Shown: in pieces, positions 47,898-52,999 of the stretch
Layout: each line of letters starts with the position of its first letter
Numbering within the stretch: position 1 is the first letter of the stretch
From: Prevotellaceae bacterium
GTDB taxonomy: Bacteria > Bacteroidota > Bacteroidia > Bacteroidales > Paludibacteraceae
Reading direction: 5' to 3'
DNA length: 52,999 bases
NCBI GenBank assembly: GCA_031261165.1
Contig: JAISJU010000091.1
Span: forward strand, 1 to 52,999
Notes under the pieces: model-generated
Databases searched by the model: none
What the model was told of the DNA's origin: nothing
What the model saw: the letters and a program-made list of their open reading frames with translations, nothing else
Program-made: the position numbers and the translations under genes

Positions 47898-48857
47898 ATG
47901 AAGAATGACTTAGTTACCATACTCGGCGTTACGGCGTGCGGGAAAACTGCTTTTGCCACCACGCTTGCCTGCGAACTCGGCGGGGAAATTATCAGTGCCG
48001 ATTCGCGACAGGTGTATCGCCGAATGGACATCGGCACGGGTAAAGATTTGTCGGATTACACCGTGAATGGGCGGAAAATCCCCTGTCATTTGATTGATAT
48101 TGCCGAGGCGGGCGAGAAATATAATCTTTTTGAGTACAAACGCGATTTTTTCCGCGCTTACGAAACGATAAAATCCAAGGGCTATTTGCCGATTTTATGC
48201 GGCGGCACAGGGCTTTATATTGAGGCTGTGCTGAATAACTACGACCTGCCCGATGTGCCGCAAAACCCTGAACTGCGCGAAAATCTGGCGCAAAAATCCT
48301 TATCCGAACTCACGGAAATACTGAAAACCTACAAAACGCTGCACAATAAAACCGATGTGGATACGGCGCAACGGGCTATTCGGGCTATTGAGATTGCGGA
48401 ATTTCAAGCGAATGCAGGGGGATTGCGGGTCAAGCCCGCAATGACAAACCCCACCTGTCATTGCGGGCTTGACCCGCAATCCCCATTGAACAGCGTAATC
48501 CTCGGTTTGGACATTTCCCGCGAAGACCGCCGAAAACGCATTTCCGAAAGGCTGCAACAACGCCTGCAAGCGGGAATGATTGACGAAGTGCACGACATTC
48601 TGCAAAGCGGCGTAGCGGCAGAAGATTTGATTTACTACGGACTTGAATATAAATATGTAACAAATTATATTCTCGGAAAACTGACTTATGAAGAAATGTT
48701 TTCGCAACTCGAAATTGCCATACACCAGTTTGCCAAACGGCAAATGACGTGGTTTCGCGGTATGGAACGGCGCGGTTTCCACATTCACTGGATTGATGCG
48801 CTGCTGCCGATGGCGGAAAAAGTGGAAATCGCAAAAGAAAAAATATACCCTAAATAG
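47898..48857 (+). CDS. miaA: tRNA dimethylallyltransferase carrying an in-frame palindromic-element insertion
   Basis: The P-loop is in ILGVTACGKTAFATTLA, followed by EIISADSRQVYRRMDIGTGK. Codons 174-196 (GGLRVKPAMTNPTCHCGLDPQSP) are encoded by a 68-bp repeat. Confidence 0.92.
   Translation: MKNDLVTILGVTACGKTAFATTLACELGGEIISADSRQVYRRMDIGTGKDLSDYTVNGRKIPCHLIDIAEAGEKYNLFEYKRDFFRAYETIKSKGYLPILCGGTGLYIEAVLNNYDLPDVPQNPELRENLAQKSLSELTEILKTYKTLHNKTDVDTAQRAIRAIEIAEFQANAGGLRVKPAMTNPTCHCGLDPQSPLNSVILGLDISREDRRKRISERLQQRLQAGMIDEVHDILQSGVAAEDLIYYGLEYKYVTNYILGKLTYEEMFSQLEIAIHQFAKRQMTWFRGMERRGFHIHWIDALLPMAEKVEIAKEKIYPK
48417..48484. repeat. Family B full palindrome (two perfect 29-bp arms) inside the miaA coding sequence
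   Basis: 48417-48445 (ggggattgcgggtcaagcccgcaatgaca) has a reverse complement equal to 48456-48484. The miaA reading frame is maintained across it. Confidence 0.92.
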
Positions 48858-48884
48858 GGTATTTCCAAAAAAATAAACTACCCT

Positions 48885-48892
48885 TATCTTTG
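48885..48892 (+). promoter_or_regulatory. -7 box TATCTTTG upstream of the PBP-like gene
   Basis: It lies 30 nt upstream of the ATG at 48923. Confidence 0.55.
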
Positions 48893-48922
48893 CAGTGTAA
48901 AAAATCGAAAAATTCATTTGTT

Positions 48923-49813
48923 ATGAAAAAGATAAAGACACTGCTTTTGCTTTTAGCCTTTACCGGTGCGGTTTCTGCACAGGACATTTCGGTGGGAAAC
49001 ACCAAGTTTTTGCAACCGCTGCTCGAAAAATGGGTGAGCGAGTATAAAAAAGTAAATCCCACCTCGCAACTCGAAGTGAAGAACGGCGAAGTATCGGGCT
49101 TGTCGGTAATTGCCAACGAAACGACCGGCAATGATGTGATTTATCTGGGCAAATATGCCCTGCTGCCCATCAGCAACACAAGCAATCCGTTGCTGAGCAA
49201 AGCAAAAAAAGGCTTGAAGAAGAAAGATGTGAGCAGTCTGATTTTCGAGCGCGATGCTTTTGCCGATGATGAAGATTTTGATGATGAAGAGAAGGCAAAA
49301 TATACCGCTAACGTGTATTCGCGCAAAGGCGATGTTTCTACTACGCTGGCTTTGGCGGAGTTTTTTAACCAAACGCCCGAGCGAATTAAAGGCAAAAAAA
49401 TTATCGGCGATGATATTTATGTGCTGAATGCGGTGCAGAAAGATGAGAATGCGGTTGCGTTCAATACATTAAATTATGTCTATAATCTGGACTCGCGCCA
49501 ACTGAAAGATAATATTTCGCTGCTGCCGCTCAATATCAACAGCAAACAAAAAGAAGTGTGGGCAACGCAGGATATTGACCAAATTATTACGCTGCTCGAA
49601 ACGGCTAAAAATGATATTGTGCCGGTGGAAAAATTCGGTTTGCTTATCTCGGCTGAATATGCCGACAATGCCGATGTGAAAAACTTTGCGGCGTGGGTGT
49701 TGGCGCAGGGACAAGCGTATAATCACGCTTTCGGTTTTCTGAATTTAGATGAAAGCACGCTGACCGCACAATTGAACAAAGTAAAAGCCAATTATTTGAC
49801 TTTTAAAAATTGA
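48923..49813 (+). CDS. Secreted periplasmic-binding-protein-like protein (possibly PstS/PBP_like_2-related); function uncertain
   Basis: The signal peptide is MKKIKTLLLLLAFTGAVSAQ. ISVGNTKFLQPLLEKWVSEYKKVNP resembles the start of phosphate-binding-type PBPs. The ATG at 48923 follows the TATCTTTG box at 48885-48892. Confidence 0.45.
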   Translation: MKKIKTLLLLLAFTGAVSAQDISVGNTKFLQPLLEKWVSEYKKVNPTSQLEVKNGEVSGLSVIANETTGNDVIYLGKYALLPISNTSNPLLSKAKKGLKKKDVSSLIFERDAFADDEDFDDEEKAKYTANVYSRKGDVSTTLALAEFFNQTPERIKGKKIIGDDIYVLNAVQKDENAVAFNTLNYVYNLDSRQLKDNISLLPLNINSKQKEVWATQDIDQIITLLETAKNDIVPVEKFGLLISAEYADNADVKNFAAWVLAQGQAYNHAFGFLNLDESTLTAQLNKVKANYLTFKN

Positions 49814-49832
49814 AAAGTTCTCACATATTTTC

Positions 49833-49930
49833 TTTACCACAAAGAACACAAAGATTTTTCGCCAAGAGCGCAAAGCATTATTTATTTTCTGCTTTGCGCT
49901 CTTGGCGAAAATGTATTCTTTGTGGTTAAA
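49833..49930. repeat. Palindromic element built from CACAAAG words, with a 20-bp inner stem
   Basis: The inner stem is tttcgccaagagcgcaaagc ... gctttgcgctcttggcgaaa. The outer pair is accacaaagaa / ttctttgtggt. Confidence 0.85.
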
Positions 49931-49935
49931 ACAGC

Positions 49936-50222
49936 CTTATGAACCTGAGTTCCGGATAAGAATTTAGATAATTACCTGAAAATAAATGAATAATTGCCCA
50001 TCGGGCATTTATATCAATAGAAAAAAAATGGTTGTTTGGTCTTTTTCCCGTAGGGGATACACAAAAATAACTGTTGTGAATGTCATTTCGGCTACGCTCA
50101 ATGCAACGCCTACGGACATTTTAGGTAAATAGAAATATTGTTATTCTACGGTTGCTGAGCGTAGTCGAAGCATTGATATACAAGTCCTAACGGACTATTC
50201 TATCCGGAACTCAGGTTATGAA
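49936..50222. repeat. About 280-bp MITE-like element with 17-bp perfect terminal inverted repeats
   Basis: aacctgagttccggata (49942-49958) pairs with tatccggaactcaggtt (50201-50217). The interior has several hairpins and no ORF. Confidence 0.75.
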
Positions 50223-50233
50223 AAAAGAAAATT

Positions 50234-50614
50234 TCATTCCTTTACATAAGTATTCGTCTTCACATCAACACTTCCTGAATAAGGATTGTCCTTGTTTTTC
50301 CAACGGCTGACTGTATAAGTAAATGAGGACAAAGGCGTTAAATCCTTTATCTCATCTATTTTGATTTGAGCGGCATATTGGTCGAACACCTCTATTGCCT
50401 TTTGGTCGCAGGCATTGAGGCTGCCCGCATCAAAGGCTTGTTCTTTGATGATGTTTTTTGAACTGACATAATTCTCTATTTTTATACTGTCATCGGGCAG
50501 AGCATTTACCTCGCTGACGTGATAAAAATAAAGCGTTCCTGTTTCTACTTTTTGACAAGCGGCAAAAATGACGGCTGCCAAAAGTATGCTTATGTAAAAA
50601 AATAGTTTTTTCAT
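50234..50614 (-). CDS. Lipoprotein of unknown function
   Basis: MKKLFFYISILLAAVIFAAC contains the lipobox. It starts 10 nt after the ftsH stop. Confidence 0.6.
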   Translation of the reverse strand: MKKLFFYISILLAAVIFAACQKVETGTLYFYHVSEVNALPDDSIKIENYVSSKNIIKEQAFDAGSLNACDQKAIEVFDQYAAQIKIDEIKDLTPLSSFTYTVSRWKNKDNPYSGSVDVKTNTYVKE

Positions 50615-50624
50615 ATACCGTAAA

Positions 50625-52607
50625 TTACGTCAGTTTTTCCTCTATTTCTTTTGCGGCTTTTGTTTCCGCCTCTATATCTTCGGGCGATTCTTTGATGAGT
50701 TCTTCGGTGCGCGATATCCAAGGGCGTTTGCCGAAAATCTTTTCCACATCTTCCGAAAATATTACTTCGCGCTCTATTAATAATGTAGCCAGTTCGTTGT
50801 GTCCTTTGCTGTTCTCGCGCAAGATGTCTTTGGCGCGGCTGTACTGTTCTTCTATCAATGCTTTTACCTCTGCGTCAATCATTTCGGCGGTTTTCTCACT
50901 ATATGGTTTGGAAAATCCGAAGTCAAACGAGCCGCTCGAATCGTAATAACTCACATTGGCAAGTTTGCCGCTCATTCCGTAGTACGAGATAATGGCATAC
51001 GCAAGTTTTGTAACCCTTTCCAAGTCGTTGAGTGCGCCGGTGGACATTTCATTGAAAAACACCTCTTCGGCAGCCCGCCCGCCGAGCGTGGCACAAATCT
51101 CGTCAAGCATCTGTTCTTTGGTGGTCAGTTGCCGTTCTTCGGGCAAGTACCACGCTGCACCTAAGGCTTTCCCGCGCGGAACGATGGTAACTTTGACCAA
51201 CGGATTGGCAAAGCGCAGTTTCCAACTCACCGTAGCGTGTCCCGCCTCGTGGTAAGCAATGGCGCGTTTTTCGGCAGTGGTAATAATTTTCGATTTCTTT
51301 TCCAAACCGCCGATAATCCTATCCACCGCATCAAGAAAATCCTGCTTTTCAACAGTCGTTTTTCCTTTCCGCGCCGCAATCAACGCTGCCTCGTTGCACA
51401 CATTGGCGATGTCCGCACCCGAAAATCCGGGCGTTTGCCGTGCCAAGAAGTCAATATCAATCGAATCATCAACTTTTACCGGTCGCAGATGCACTTTGAA
51501 AATCGCCTTCCGCTCATTCACATCAGGCAGTTCCACGTGAATTTGCCTGTCGAAACGCCCTGCACGCAAGAGTGCTTTGTCCAGCATATCCGCACGGTTG
51601 GTTGCAGCCAAAATAATAATACCGCTGTTCGTGCCGAAACCGTCCATTTCGGTCAAAAGTTGATTTAGCGTATTTTCGCGCTCGTCATTTCCGCCGTAAT
51701 TGGGGTTTTTGGCTCTCGCCCGCCCTACTGCATCTATTTCATCAATAAAAATAATGCAAGGCGATTTTTCCTTAGCCTGTGCAAAGAGGTCGCGCACGCG
51801 GCTCGCGCCTACGCCGACAAACATTTCCACAAAGTCCGAGCCGGACAGCGAGAAAAACGGCACATCTGCCTCGCCCGCTACGGCTTTTGCAAGCAGCGTC
51901 TTGCCTGTTCCCGGCGGTCCCACGAGCAACGCGCCTTTGGGGATTTTCCCGCCAAGTTCGGTATATTTAGTTGGGTTTTTGAGGAAAGAAACGATTTCTT
52001 CTATCTCCTGTTTCGCACCTACCAGCCCCGCCACATCGGCAAAAGTAATTTTCTTATTCCCATTCTCTTTGTCAAACAACTGCGCTTTGGAACGCCCTAC
52101 ATTGAAAATGCCGCCCATTGCGCTCGACAAACCGCCGCTCATTCCGCGCATCAGGTAAAACCAAATGCCTATGAAAATGATAAACGGCAAGAAACTCAAC
52201 ACGCTGTCCCAAAACCCGCGACTATCCTCATAAGTATAATCGCCCGTGAAATTATATTGTGCTATCACATCTTCCAGTTTGTCGTTAGACGGAATACGCG
52301 CCTCCACATAACTGCCTTTTTTCTGCTGTTGCTTGTCGCTAAACACTTCGGACAGCGAGGTTTCTTTGATATATGCCTGCACTACCCGCTTGTTATCCAC
52401 AATCAAAAGTTTTTCCACATAGCCCTTTTCCATATAGGTTTTAAAAGTGGAATACGGTACTTCTTTATTGGTAGTCGCGTTGGGTGCCATCACCCACATA
52501 GAAAACAATACAACGGCAATAGCGGCATACACCCACGTGATGCCGCCCGGAAATTTGAATCCTTTAAAATTTTTCGGACTTGGTGTCGCTTGACTTTTGG
52601 TATTCAT
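50625..52607 (-). CDS. ftsH: ATP-dependent zinc metalloprotease FtsH
   Basis: Walker A ([11 protein letters not shown]), Walker B (IIFIDEIDA), the SRH region and the HEAGH zinc motif are present; 660 aa. Confidence 0.98.
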   Translation of the reverse strand: MNTKSQATPSPKNFKGFKFPGGITWVYAAIAVVLFSMWVMAPNATTNKEVPYSTFKTYMEKGYVEKLLIVDNKRVVQAYIKETSLSEVFSDKQQQKKGSYVEARIPSNDKLEDVIAQYNFTGDYTYEDSRGFWDSVLSFLPFIIFIGIWFYLMRGMSGGLSSAMGGIFNVGRSKAQLFDKENGNKKITFADVAGLVGAKQEIEEIVSFLKNPTKYTELGGKIPKGALLVGPPGTGKTLLAKAVAGEADVPFFSLSGSDFVEMFVGVGASRVRDLFAQAKEKSPCIIFIDEIDAVGRARAKNPNYGGNDERENTLNQLLTEMDGFGTNSGIIILAATNRADMLDKALLRAGRFDRQIHVELPDVNERKAIFKVHLRPVKVDDSIDIDFLARQTPGFSGADIANVCNEAALIAARKGKTTVEKQDFLDAVDRIIGGLEKKSKIITTAEKRAIAYHEAGHATVSWKLRFANPLVKVTIVPRGKALGAAWYLPEERQLTTKEQMLDEICATLGGRAAEEVFFNEMSTGALNDLERVTKLAYAIISYYGMSGKLANVSYYDSSGSFDFGFSKPYSEKTAEMIDAEVKALIEEQYSRAKDILRENSKGHNELATLLIEREVIFSEDVEKIFGKRPWISRTEELIKESPEDIEAETKAAKEIEEKLT

Positions 52608-52644
52608 TGATTGAATAATTGAAATTGAGTAATTGAATAATGAA

Positions 52645-52712
52645 TGTCTAACATCTTGTGTCTAATATCTAAACTTCTTGTGTCTAATATCTCACATCTG
52701 ATGTCTAATCAT
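52645..52712. repeat. Four tandem TGTCTAA(T/C)ATC words in the rsfS-ftsH spacer
   Basis: The copies start at 52645, 52659, 52681 and 52702. Similar TAGAC/GTCTA word runs occur at 45301-45350, 47435-47470 and 33845-33880. Confidence 0.75.
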
Positions 52713-52999
52713 CTATTTCAGTAATTTTGGCATCAGACCACAGGCTTTCGAGGCGGTAAAACTCGCGTGCCTCGCGCAAAAAAATATGCACCAAAATGTC
52801 GCCATAATCAAAAACAATCCATTGTGCATTTTGGAAACCATCGCTTGCAAAAGGTTTCGTTTTCGCGTTTTTGCGCACATAATCGCGCACGCTGTCGGCA
52901 ATGGCACTGACGTGCGTAGTAGAATCACCTTCGCAAACAACGAAATGGTTATACACCAAGCCTTCGAGTTTCGTCAAGTCGATGCTGACTATTTTCATG
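52705..52999 (-). CDS. rsfS: Ribosomal silencing factor RsfS. The N-terminus probably lies beyond the right edge.
   Basis: ...FVVCEGDSTTHVSAIADSVRDYV...WIVFDYGDILVHIFLREAREFYRLESLW. The in-window ATG at 52998 sits only 3 aa before the conserved core, so the true start is likely outside the window. Confidence 0.85.
   Translation of the reverse strand, partial: MKIVSIDLTKLEGLVYNHFVVCEGDSTTHVSAIADSVRDYVRKNAKTKPFASDGFQNAQWIVFDYGDILVHIFLREAREFYRLESLWSDAKITEIDD

Noticed and set aside
47509-48037. Minus-strand ORFs 47509-47829, 47541-47810 and 47726-48037
   Set aside because: They have non-ATG starts. They are antisense to the two micro-lipoprotein ORFs and to the miaA 5' end, and they consist partly of family B repeat translation (GLTRNP / CGLDPQSP).
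48300-48917. 205-aa minus-strand ORF
   Set aside because: It is antisense to miaA and is kept open partly because the palindromic insert reads similarly on both strands.

Overview
This is a Bacteroidota-type chromosome segment, judged from the gene order, the TTTG/TAnnTTTG promoter boxes and the many lipoprotein signal peptides. It is almost entirely transcribed on the minus strand. The core content, from right to left, is: rsfS-ftsH, miaA, mscL, metK, hisH/hisF, an OMP-LOG-DUF4271-hemD operon, a radical-SAM/lipoprotein pair, rnpA-yidD, rpsU, a Xer-type recombinase and hpf. Next comes the translation/transcription supercluster tRNA-Thr/Gly/Thr-tuf-[insert]-tRNA-Trp-secE-nusG-rplKAJL-[insert]-rpoB-[insert]-rpoC. 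Further left are a beta-helix lipoprotein, a DUF362/MetH-activation-domain pair, a second radical SAM gene, an OmpA/TPR lipoprotein, aroK, asnS, ispD, a DUF3575-like OMP, a vapBC module, and the first >1,750 codons of a giant secreted protein that runs off the left edge. The most unusual observations are these. (1) An AT-rich two-gene ORFan cassette (84 aa plus a 216-aa tail-anchored protein) sits inside the rpoB-rpoC junction. Further AT-rich inserts lie between rplL and rpoB, and between tuf and tRNA-Trp. (2) Several families of perfect palindromic (REP/MITE-like) elements occur at very high density. One 68-bp copy is inserted in-frame inside miaA, one supplies the C-terminal tail and stop codon of ispD, and a 720-bp locus holds elements nested inside each other. 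(3) There are unannotated small genes: two tandem micro-lipoproteins, and a 40-codon ORF with its own promoter, terminator and a G9 tract. No rRNA, CRISPR array, transposase or prophage genes were seen. All calls come from reading the sequence and from remembered family features; no searches were run.
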